Shown here: piece by piece, positions 14,544 to 21,947 of the stretch
Numbering within the stretch: position 1 is the first letter of the stretch
Layout: the number at the start of each line of letters is the position of its first letter
Source of the DNA: an uncultured Oscillibacter sp.
GTDB taxonomy: Bacteria; Bacillota; Clostridia; Oscillospirales; Oscillospiraceae
Length of the DNA stretch: 24,000 nt
Reading direction: 5' to 3'
Assembly: GCA_900544105.1 (NCBI GenBank)
Contig: UQUC01000026.1
Location: forward strand, 1-24,000
Made by a program: the position numbers and the translations under genes
The notes under the pieces: generated by a model
What the model was told of the DNA's origin: nothing
Seen by the model: the letters and a program-made list of their open reading frames with translations, nothing else
The model's database searches: none

Positions 14544-15589
14544 GCGACAGCGTGATGTATCCGGAAGCCGGCCGCTGGGTCAACAGCTACCTGGTGGGCG
14601 CCAACGCCTACAAAATTATGTCGACCCCCGAGGAGGCACAGCAGCTGCTGCTGGACGATAGCGAGGACTTTCTGCAAACAGGGACGGAGCGCCACTATAT
14701 TCAGGTGCGATGCCGGAACGAGAATAAACCGCTGTGGCTGGTGCCGTTCCGGGTCAAGCGGGAGGAGTTGCTGCGGGTATCCGACGTGCTGGAGCAGATT
14801 CAGATGGGACGAATCCTGCGGGAGGGCTTTTTCTGGCCGTTCGATCTGGTCCGGAGCGATGAAATGCAGGGATATGTGCTGCATCCCTTCAGCATGGATG
14901 CGTATCCCTCTGTCCGCCGGTTTTTGCCCAGCTCTGACACGCCCAGGTGGACCATTGCCGTCCATCTGTTCCGCAGGATCGGGCAGCTGCACCGTGAGGG
15001 CCTGACGCTGAACGGCTTTGGCAGGGATCAGGTGCGCGTGGAGTATGGGACAAACCAGGTGTATCTGGTTCCGGGTGAAACAATTTCTCGGGTTTCGCAG
15101 CTCGGCGCGGCCTTTCGCGGCGACTTTCTGTCTGTGCCGCAGGTGGTGGAGCAGCAGCTGGAGAAAAATGGCATCGTGCTGGACGGGTGCGTGCGCGACA
15201 TATTCTCGGCAGCGGTAATTGCCTTTTATCTGCTGTTCTATACCCATCCTTTCATCGGGGAGGAGTACAGCCACCTGATGCGGGAGCAATATCTGGAATA
15301 TTTTCAGAGTCACCCGGTGTTTCTGTTTGACGCCGGAGGGCACAATGGAACGGGACATCATCAATTCGGCGCGGAGATAACGGCCCAATGGTGGAGAGCG
15401 CAGCCGGAGCTGCGGCAGCTGTTTTCAGATTTCTTTGCGGCGCTGTGTGCAGGACAGATCGATGAAAATGCCCCGTGGAATGACACGGAGAACTGGATCC
15501 GCTGCCTTCTGGAGGATGCAGCCGTGAACGATAACGATAAGAGCCGCACAAGCTACGAGCTGGAGCTGGAAAAATTCCATCTGGTCTGA
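14540..15589 (+). CDS. Protein-kinase-fold protein with degenerate catalytic motifs (putative pseudokinase), 349 aa
   Basis: The ATGA overlap couples it to the previous gene. The C-lobe-like signature is DGCVRDIFSAAVIAFYLLFYTHPFIGEEY (compare 'D.wSlG..ly.ll.G..PF'). The catalytic-loop position reads LHREGLTLNGFGRDQVRV rather than H-R-D-x-K-x-x-N. The DFG position reads VYLVPGET. Confidence 0.6.
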   Translation: MSDSVMYPEAGRWVNSYLVGANAYKIMSTPEEAQQLLLDDSEDFLQTGTERHYIQVRCRNENKPLWLVPFRVKREELLRVSDVLEQIQMGRILREGFFWPFDLVRSDEMQGYVLHPFSMDAYPSVRRFLPSSDTPRWTIAVHLFRRIGQLHREGLTLNGFGRDQVRVEYGTNQVYLVPGETISRVSQLGAAFRGDFLSVPQVVEQQLEKNGIVLDGCVRDIFSAAVIAFYLLFYTHPFIGEEYSHLMREQYLEYFQSHPVFLFDAGGHNGTGHHQFGAEITAQWWRAQPELRQLFSDFFAALCAGQIDENAPWNDTENWIRCLLEDAAVNDNDKSRTSYELELEKFHLV

Positions 15590-15599
15590 GGGGTAAGGC

Positions 15600-16562
15600 A
15601 TGAGAGAGATATTGAAAGAAGTAGTCAACGAGCAGGGATTACAGATTTTACAGACGCCCGCGATGCTGCGGGCAAAATTGGAAGAAAAAGGCGACGACCG
15701 CAGCGATGCGCTGCTGTGGGAGCTTATCCTGACGGCCTGCCCCAGCGTGGCGGATGTGGCCGTGCAGCCGGAGCTTTCCCGCGCGGAGGTCAACACGGTG
15801 ATCGGCGCGGTGACCAAGACCACCATGCTGTCTGCCTCCCTGGTGAGAAGGATGGTCCAGCAGCTGCTGGATGCCGCGCAGGTGAAGCTATCGCCGGTGC
15901 CGCGGTTTCTGATCCTCGCCAACGGCAGGCACGGCGGAGCGTGCTCGGTGGAGGATCAGCGGGAGGGCGAGGTCCTGCAGGCGGCTCTTGCGTCGCTGGA
16001 GACGGACACGGAAACGGCCCTCAGCGACCTGCAGACCCTGTCCCAGGCCGGGAACGCCTATGCCAGCTACCAGCTGGGCCTGTACTACAGCAGCCACAAG
16101 ATGGAGGGGATGGATACCCAGCAGGTGGCGCAGAACTTCTTCAACTGCGCCGCGCAGCAGGGCTATGGCCCGGGCTATGGCGCCCTGGCGGATTATGCAC
16201 TGAACGGGCGGCGAAAGAATCTTCGCCGGGCGGCCCAGTATTTTGGGTATCCCACATCCCTGGCGGGCCGGGACGGCAAAAGGTGGAGCAAAAACGCCGC
16301 GGACCTGTTGGCCTATCGGGAGCAGAACGTCCGCAGCGGAAGACAGACCCTGCTGCTGGTGGTGGTCACGCTGGTGATAACGCTGCTGGCGGGTATTTGC
16401 AGTCCTCGCGAATTTGCGATGGCGGTTCCGGCGCTGGTGCTGGAGCTTGGCTGCGGGGTTCGCTGCGTGCTGGGACTGGTTATGGACCCCTACGGCTCCT
16501 ACCGCTTTGTGTATGCCGCCCTGGCTGCCTGCTGGCTGCTGAACATCCTATGCCTGGTCTGA
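15600..16562 (+). CDS. Sel1/TPR-like repeat protein with C-terminal transmembrane helices (320 aa)
   Basis: Sel1-like repeats are visible: AGNAYASYQLGLYYSS..., AAQQGYGPGYGALADYALNG.... C-terminal hydrophobic helices are TLLLVVVTLVITLLAGI, FAMAVPALVLELGCGVRCVLGLV and FVYAALAACWLLNILCLV. Confidence 0.6.
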   Translation: MREILKEVVNEQGLQILQTPAMLRAKLEEKGDDRSDALLWELILTACPSVADVAVQPELSRAEVNTVIGAVTKTTMLSASLVRRMVQQLLDAAQVKLSPVPRFLILANGRHGGACSVEDQREGEVLQAALASLETDTETALSDLQTLSQAGNAYASYQLGLYYSSHKMEGMDTQQVAQNFFNCAAQQGYGPGYGALADYALNGRRKNLRRAAQYFGYPTSLAGRDGKRWSKNAADLLAYREQNVRSGRQTLLLVVVTLVITLLAGICSPREFAMAVPALVLELGCGVRCVLGLVMDPYGSYRFVYAALAACWLLNILCLV

Positions 16563-16575
16563 GGGGAGGCACAGT

Positions 16576-17313
16576 ATGAGTACATCTTATTTCATGAACA
16601 TCGGCGCGTATGTGGCCACGGTGATTTTTGCGGCTGCGCGTCTGGCTGTGGGAGGAGTGCTGACCGAGCCCGGCGCGCTGATCCCGGCACTGCTGGTGCT
16701 GGGGATCCTGCTTATCCCCTTGGCGTCTAAGGGTGGATTTCAGAAGAGTACCTATCAGACCGGGCCAGCCTTTGGGCTGGCATGGGGCGTCCTTTATGCC
16801 TTTCTGACACCTGTTGTCCTGGCTGCGGTATCCTCCGGATGGAGCGACCTTTGCTCCCGCGTGGGAAAGCTTACGCATCTGGGCTGGCCTATGGTGGCCG
16901 GGGCGGTGCTGCTGGCTGCGCTGACGCTGGAAAAAGGCGCGCAAAAGCAAAGTATATATCGGGCGGCCCGGCTTCTGGTATGGGCGGCCTACATCCTGCT
17001 GCTGAACTGGCGCGCCGGCGCCATGCGGCTGGATGCGGATGATTGCTGGCTGATCAGCGTGCTGGGCGTTCCGGTGGCGGGCGCGGTGTATGAGCTGCTG
17101 GAGCAGAAGGGTCAGGTCACTGCCAAATGGTATCATGCGCCGTTGGCGCTTCTGGGCGTTTCCTGGTGTGTGCTGACGGTATTCCTATCCGTGCGATACA
17201 GGGCGGCAAACGCAATGGAGATCTACCCGAAGGAGTACAGCACGGTTTGCAGGCTCTGCAATGTGGTGCCGCTGCTGGCTGCGGTGCTTGCTGCGCTGTG
17301 CGTGATATTTTGA
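16576..17313 (+). CDS. Polytopic integral membrane protein (245 aa)
   Basis: GGGGAGG lies 6 nt upstream. The sequence consists almost entirely of hydrophobic helices separated by short loops. No motif recognised. Confidence 0.7.
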   Translation: MSTSYFMNIGAYVATVIFAAARLAVGGVLTEPGALIPALLVLGILLIPLASKGGFQKSTYQTGPAFGLAWGVLYAFLTPVVLAAVSSGWSDLCSRVGKLTHLGWPMVAGAVLLAALTLEKGAQKQSIYRAARLLVWAAYILLLNWRAGAMRLDADDCWLISVLGVPVAGAVYELLEQKGQVTAKWYHAPLALLGVSWCVLTVFLSVRYRAANAMEIYPKEYSTVCRLCNVVPLLAAVLAALCVIF

Positions 17314-17331
17314 CATAAGGAGGAGAGAGAT

Positions 17332-18477
17332 TTGAAGCTTGATATCAGGACCTTGAGCGCGTCTCTGGTGGCCGGATTTGTGAGCTGGTACCTGTGCGCG
17401 GGGATTTACAATAAGAACGCGGATTCCATGTGGACGCCGCTGCTGATGGCGCTGTTGTTTCTTGTGCTGGCGGCGATAACCTGCCTGGTGGTGCACCTTA
17501 CAACGGGGCGGCGCACGAGATTTATGCAATTCAAGGGTATCGGTCAGATCATGACCATGCTGGCTGTGGGCCTGGTGGCGCTGATGACGCTGATTTATGG
17601 GAACTGCCCGGAGCTGTTCCAGATAGATGGCAATGCGACGTATTACTACAACAGCGTTGATCGAGACGGAGAAAAGATGGTGACGGGGATCAGCGAACTT
17701 TCTTACCATATGGATGAGGATACCTATCGCCGGGCCTATCAGCAGTGCGACCGGATCGTTCAGGAGGTGGTAAGCGGGGCGGCGGGCCTTTCTGCGCGAG
17801 AGGCGGAGCTGCATGCCTATCGCTACGTCACCGGCCACTGTGTCTACGACCTGTCCACGCCGTATTGCGGGACGCCCTACGGCGCGCTGGTGGAAGGCCG
17901 GGCCAAGTGTGACGGAACCGGAAAAACCATGCAATGGATCCTGGAGCAGATGGGAATCGTTTGCCTGTCGATTTCCGGCGCGCCCTTGGACGGCGGGAAC
18001 GGGCACCAGTGGAATGTGGCGGAAATTGACGGCATATTTTATGATCTGGATGCCACCGCTGACCTGGGAAACCAGGGGGACAAGCTGCTGTATGGCCGGT
18101 TCAATGTGGATAACCACCTGATTCGGGACCTCTATCCCATCGGAGACGGCTATCTGTCCTGCTTCACTATTCCGGGTACCGACAGCATGTCGGGCAGCTA
18201 TCATGCCCGCAATCATACGCGGGTGGAAAGCGACGCCGACTGCGGGCCGATTTTGGCGCAGCAGTTTTCACAGGTGATACAGAAGAACGGCGGCAGCTTT
18301 GCCATCCAGCTTGCGCAGAGTGCGCAGGTGGATGAACTGAGCCGGATCTTCGGAAAATGGGAGGGCGCCGAGCGCTTCCTGAAGGAGTATGGCGTATCGC
18401 TGCAGGGCTTCGGCTATTACTCGCTGACGCAGCCCGAGACAAACGTCTATCAGTTCACAGTGTACCGGGATTCGTGA
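17332..18477 (+). CDS. Membrane-anchored transglutaminase-like cysteine protease superfamily protein (381 aa)
   Basis: The TTG start lies 8 nt after AAGGAGG. There are three N-terminal TM helices. The Cys-His-Asp core pattern is EGRAKCDGTGKTMQWILEQMGI ... GHQWNVAEIDGIFYDLDAT, typical of the transglutaminase-like fold. Confidence 0.7.
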   Translation: MKLDIRTLSASLVAGFVSWYLCAGIYNKNADSMWTPLLMALLFLVLAAITCLVVHLTTGRRTRFMQFKGIGQIMTMLAVGLVALMTLIYGNCPELFQIDGNATYYYNSVDRDGEKMVTGISELSYHMDEDTYRRAYQQCDRIVQEVVSGAAGLSAREAELHAYRYVTGHCVYDLSTPYCGTPYGALVEGRAKCDGTGKTMQWILEQMGIVCLSISGAPLDGGNGHQWNVAEIDGIFYDLDATADLGNQGDKLLYGRFNVDNHLIRDLYPIGDGYLSCFTIPGTDSMSGSYHARNHTRVESDADCGPILAQQFSQVIQKNGGSFAIQLAQSAQVDELSRIFGKWEGAERFLKEYGVSLQGFGYYSLTQPETNVYQFTVYRDS

Positions 18478-18481
18478 GGAC

Positions 18482-18518
18482 AAAAAGGACTCCTGCCAAG
18501 GCGGCAGGAGTCCTTTTT
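18482..18518 (+). terminator. Rho-independent (bidirectional) terminator ending the six-gene operon
   Basis: AAAAA-GGACTCCTGCC-aaggc-GGCAGGAGTCC-TTTTT forms an 11-bp GC-rich stem flanked by A- and T-runs. Confidence 0.85.
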
Positions 18519-18562
18519 GTGTCCCCTAAAAGTGCTTTGACCTTTGGGGCTTTTTGACAAGA

Positions 18563-18596
18563 AACAGGGGTCCCGCAGTTCTGCGGGACCCCTGTT
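18563..18596 (-). terminator. Terminator hairpin downstream of gdhA
   Basis: AACAGGGGTCCCGCAG-tt-CTGCGGGACCCCTGTT is a near-perfect 16-bp inverted repeat located about 30 nt after the gdhA stop. The minus-strand downstream tract is only moderately U-rich. Confidence 0.7.
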
Positions 18597-18628
18597 GGTT
18601 CTATTTGGATGATATCCTATCTTTCGGC

Positions 18629-19981
18629 TTAGAAGCAGCCCTGCTCCATCATAGCCTCAGCGACCTTCTTGAAGCCGGCGATGTTGGCGCCAGCCACCAG
18701 GTCATAGCCCAGGCCGTACTCGGCAGCGGCATCGGCGGATTCCTTGTGGATGGTCTTCATCATCTTGTGCAGCTGAGCATCGACTTCCTCGGCAGTCCAG
18801 ACCAGACGCTCGGAGTTCTGAGCCATCTCCAGAGCGGAGACGCCCACGCCGCCGGCGTTAACGGCCTTGGAGGGAGCCACAATGATGCCCTTCTGCTGAC
18901 GCAGGAAGTTCAGAGCGTCGTTGGTGGTGGGCATATTGGCCACTTCGATGTAGTACTTCACGCCGGAGGCAGCAATCTTCTCGGCGGACTCCATGCGAAC
19001 GTCGTTCTGCATGGCGGCGGGCATGTACACGTCAACATCCTTGACGCCCCAGCACTTCTCGCCAGCCACGAACTCGCAGCCGAACTTGTCGGCATAGGGT
19101 TTGCAGTGCATAGGATCCTTGGCGCGCATCTCCAGGATGTAGTTCAGCTTCTCGTCGGTGATAACGCCGTCGGGATCGTGAACGTAACCATCGGGACCGG
19201 CAAAGTAGGTGACGGCAGCGCCCAGCTGAGCGGCCTTCTTCATGATGCCCCAGCCCACGTTGCCGTAGCCGGAGATGGCGATCTTCTTGCCCTCGATGGT
19301 GTCATTCTCGTGCTTGAGCACTTCCTGCAGATAGTAGATAGCGCCGTAGCCGGTGGCCTCGGGACGGATCAGGGAACCGCCGTAGCTCAGGCCCTTGCCG
19401 GTGAGCACGCCGTTCTCCCACACGCCCTTCAGGCGGCGGTACTGGCCATACAGGTAGCCGATCTCGCGGCCGCCCACGCCCATATCACCGGCGGGAACGT
19501 CGATGTCGGGCCCGATGTAACGATACAGAGCCGTCATGAAGCTCTGGCAGAAACGCATGACCTCGGCGTCGGACTTGCCGGCGGGATCAAAGTCGGAACC
19601 GCCCTTGGCGCCGCCGATGGGGAGGCCGGTCAGGCTGTTCTTGAAGGTCTGCTCGAAGCCCAGGAACTTGATGATGCCCTCATACACGTTCTTCTGGAAG
19701 CGCAGGCCGCCCTTGTAGGGGCCGATGGCGCCGTTGAACTGGCAGCGCCAGCCGCGGTTGGTGTGCCACTGGCCGTTGTCGTCGCACCACACAACGCGGA
19801 AGGTGAACATACGCTCGGGCTCGACCATGCGGTTCAGCAGGTCGACCTTCTCATACTCGGGGTGCTTCTCGATGACAGGCTCCAGAGAGGACAGGACCTC
19901 CTCGACGGTCTGCACGAACTCGGGCTCGTTGCCATGCTTGGTTCTGACGTTCTCCAGAACGCTGGCCAGATAAGCATTCAT
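18629..19981 (-). CDS. gdhA: NADP-specific glutamate dehydrogenase (450 aa)
   Basis: Hexameric GDH signatures are present: GPYKGGLRF, GLPIGGAKGGSDFDP, GPDIDVPAGDMGVGGREIG and the Rossmann motif ISGYGNVGW. Start trimmed to ATG 19981 (MNAYLASV...), which has GAGGAGG upstream. Confidence 0.92.
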   Translation of the reverse strand: MNAYLASVLENVRTKHGNEPEFVQTVEEVLSSLEPVIEKHPEYEKVDLLNRMVEPERMFTFRVVWCDDNGQWHTNRGWRCQFNGAIGPYKGGLRFQKNVYEGIIKFLGFEQTFKNSLTGLPIGGAKGGSDFDPAGKSDAEVMRFCQSFMTALYRYIGPDIDVPAGDMGVGGREIGYLYGQYRRLKGVWENGVLTGKGLSYGGSLIRPEATGYGAIYYLQEVLKHENDTIEGKKIAISGYGNVGWGIMKKAAQLGAAVTYFAGPDGYVHDPDGVITDEKLNYILEMRAKDPMHCKPYADKFGCEFVAGEKCWGVKDVDVYMPAAMQNDVRMESAEKIAASGVKYYIEVANMPTTNDALNFLRQQKGIIVAPSKAVNAGGVGVSALEMAQNSERLVWTAEEVDAQLHKMMKTIHKESADAAAEYGLGYDLVAGANIAGFKKVAEAMMEQGCF

Positions 19982-20065
19982 AATAGTTGCCTCCTCAAAA
20001 ATTGTTCCAAGATTGTTCAAAATCGAATGGGTAGATGAAATTTGCTCATACCCCCATCCGTTCTG

Positions 20066-20094
20066 ATAATAACACCATTCCGGCAAATACTCAA
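20066..20094 (-). promoter_or_regulatory. Candidate promoter for gdhA
   Basis: The minus strand reads TTGAGT - 17 nt - (TGT)TATTAT, with an extended -10, about 85 nt upstream of the gdhA ATG. Confidence 0.45.
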
Positions 20095-20376
20095 GGGGGT
20101 TATTCCGAAAATCGTCCCTCGCGACCGTAAAATCTTCGCGGTGTTTTTTGTGCATTTTGTAAAAATGCACATTCCCTCCTTTGCACCCGGCAGCCGCCGC
20201 AAATTGTGGATTCCGGCCTATTTGATGATTATTTCACAATTTCGCGATACAGACTCTTTCGCCCGCAAAATTACCGGTATCCCGACTTTGTAGATTTTTT
20301 TTTAGGGATTCCGGCCTGGCCCGGCTGGCTTTTTCGGAATCCTGCACATTTTTTGCCGCTGGAGCTAAAATTTCTG

Positions 20377-20405
20377 TTGCATTTTTATACCAAAGCGTGT
20401 AAAAT
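20377..20405 (+). promoter_or_regulatory. Candidate promoter for the ssnA-ygfK operon
   Basis: TTGCAT (20377-20382) - 17 nt - TAAAAT (20400-20405). This predicts a leader of about 155 nt. Confidence 0.45.
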
Positions 20406-20485
20406 ATAGGCAACAATCCAAGATTGGTAGCTGTAAGGAAGTGCCTCGCGCACGGGCTGCAACTATCACTCGGCTGTTGCTTGAG

Positions 20486-20522
20486 TGTTTCAGATCTCCA
20501 TCCGGAGGTTTGAAACATTTTT
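20486..20522 (+). terminator. Intrinsic-terminator-like hairpin inside the ssnA leader (candidate attenuator or riboswitch expression platform)
   Basis: TGTTTCA(GATCTCC-atcc-GGAGGTT)TGAAACA is followed by TTTTTCTTT. It ends about 45 nt before the ssnA ATG. Confidence 0.5.
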
Positions 20523-20565
20523 CTTTACCCGGAAGCATTGGAACAATTCAAAAGGAGGAACACAC

Positions 20566-21909
20566 ATGAATCTGGTCATCAACGGAAGACTCATCACCCG
20601 GGACGAGGGCGGCAAGGGCTATTATGAGCACGGGGCCGTGGCCTATGAGGGCGCCACCATCACCGAGGTGGGCCAGGAGAGCGCCCTGCGGGCCAAGTAT
20701 CCCCAGGCTCACATCATCGACGCCAAGGGCGGCATCATCATGCCCGCCTTCATCAACGCCCATACCCACATCTATTCCGCCCTGGCCCGGGGCCTGTCCA
20801 TTGTGGGCAACAACCCCACCAATTTCTATGAGGTGCTGGACGGCACCTGGTGGGCCATCGACCGGAAGCTGACCCTGGAGGGGACCCGGGCCAGCGCCGA
20901 CGCCCTGTACATCGACTGCATCAAGCAGGGCGTTACCACCATCTTTGATCACCACGCTTCCTATGCCGAGATCCCCGGCTCCCTGCACACCATTGCCGAG
21001 TCCGCCAAGAGGTTCGGCATCCGCTCCTGCCTGTGCTATGAGGTCTCCGACCGGGACGGCGAGGAGAAGTGCCTCCAGGCCATCCAGGAAAACGCCGACT
21101 TCATCACCGAGTGCCAGAAGAACCAGGATCCCATGCTGGCCGCCATGTTCGGCGGACACGCTCTGTTCACCATCAGCGACAAGACCTTCGACCGCATGGT
21201 GGCCGCCAACAATGGCCGCACCGGCTACCACATCCATGTGTCCGAGGGCATGAACGACGTGTACGACTCCCTGCAAAACTATGGCCGCCGTCCGGTGCAG
21301 CGGCTCCAGGACCACGGCATCCTGGGCCCCAAGACCATTCTGGGCCACTGCATCCATGTGAACACCGCCGAGATGGACATCATCAAGGAGACCGGCACCA
21401 TGGTGGTCAACAACCCCGAGAGCAACATGGGCAACGCCATCGGCATCTGCCCGGTGCTCCAGCTGCACAAGCGGGGCATCCTGCTGGGCATGGGCACCGA
21501 TGCCTATACCAACGATATGCTGGAGTCCCTGAAGGTGGCCCTGTGCTCCCAGCGCAGCCAGAACTGTCTGCCCAACGTGGGCTGGTGCGAGGTCACGGAC
21601 ATGCTGTTCCGCAACAACGCCAAGATCGGCGAAAAGTACTTCCCGGTGCAGCTGGGCGTGCTGAAGGCCGGCGCCGCCGCGGACATCATCGTCATGGACT
21701 ATAAGCCCTTCACCCCCTTCTCCGACGAGAACATCGACGGCCACATGATCTTCGGCATGACCGGCCGCCAGTGCCAGACCACCATCGCAGGCGGCAAGCT
21801 CCTGATGCAGGACCGCCAGCTGGTGGGCATCGACGAGGAGGCGGAAAATGCCCACATCCTGGAGGCTGCCAAGAAGCTCTGGGGCAGCCTGAACAACCGG
21901 GTGTATTGA
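20566..21909 (+). CDS. ssnA: Amidohydrolase-superfamily protein, SsnA-type putative aminohydrolase (447 aa)
   Basis: The metal-binding motif is INAHTHIYSAL, with IFDHHAS, GYHIHVSEG, VNNPESNMGNAIG and GMGTDA. The layout and several blocks resemble E. coli SsnA as I recall it. It is adjacent to ygfK, as in E. coli. AAAAGGAGGA sits upstream of ATG 20566. Confidence 0.8.
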   Translation: MNLVINGRLITRDEGGKGYYEHGAVAYEGATITEVGQESALRAKYPQAHIIDAKGGIIMPAFINAHTHIYSALARGLSIVGNNPTNFYEVLDGTWWAIDRKLTLEGTRASADALYIDCIKQGVTTIFDHHASYAEIPGSLHTIAESAKRFGIRSCLCYEVSDRDGEEKCLQAIQENADFITECQKNQDPMLAAMFGGHALFTISDKTFDRMVAANNGRTGYHIHVSEGMNDVYDSLQNYGRRPVQRLQDHGILGPKTILGHCIHVNTAEMDIIKETGTMVVNNPESNMGNAIGICPVLQLHKRGILLGMGTDAYTNDMLESLKVALCSQRSQNCLPNVGWCEVTDMLFRNNAKIGEKYFPVQLGVLKAGAAADIIVMDYKPFTPFSDENIDGHMIFGMTGRQCQTTIAGGKLLMQDRQLVGIDEEAENAHILEAAKKLWGSLNNRVY

Positions 21910-21947
21910 TGCGCTGATCTTTTACGATTCAAAAAGGAGGAACCCCC

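Noticed and set aside
18554-20038. 494-aa + strand ORF overlapping gdhA.
   Set aside because: It is the mirror ORF of the minus-strand glutamate dehydrogenase gene, whose product carries canonical GDH motifs. The + strand translation is a low-complexity G/A/L/V/H-rich sequence.
20408-20482. Classic purine (guanine/adenine) riboswitch upstream of ssnA.
   Set aside because: I could not find the conserved loop-loop and junction sequences of the purine aptamer (for example UAUAAUCGCGUGGAUAUGGC-type). It is kept only as an unclassified structured leader.
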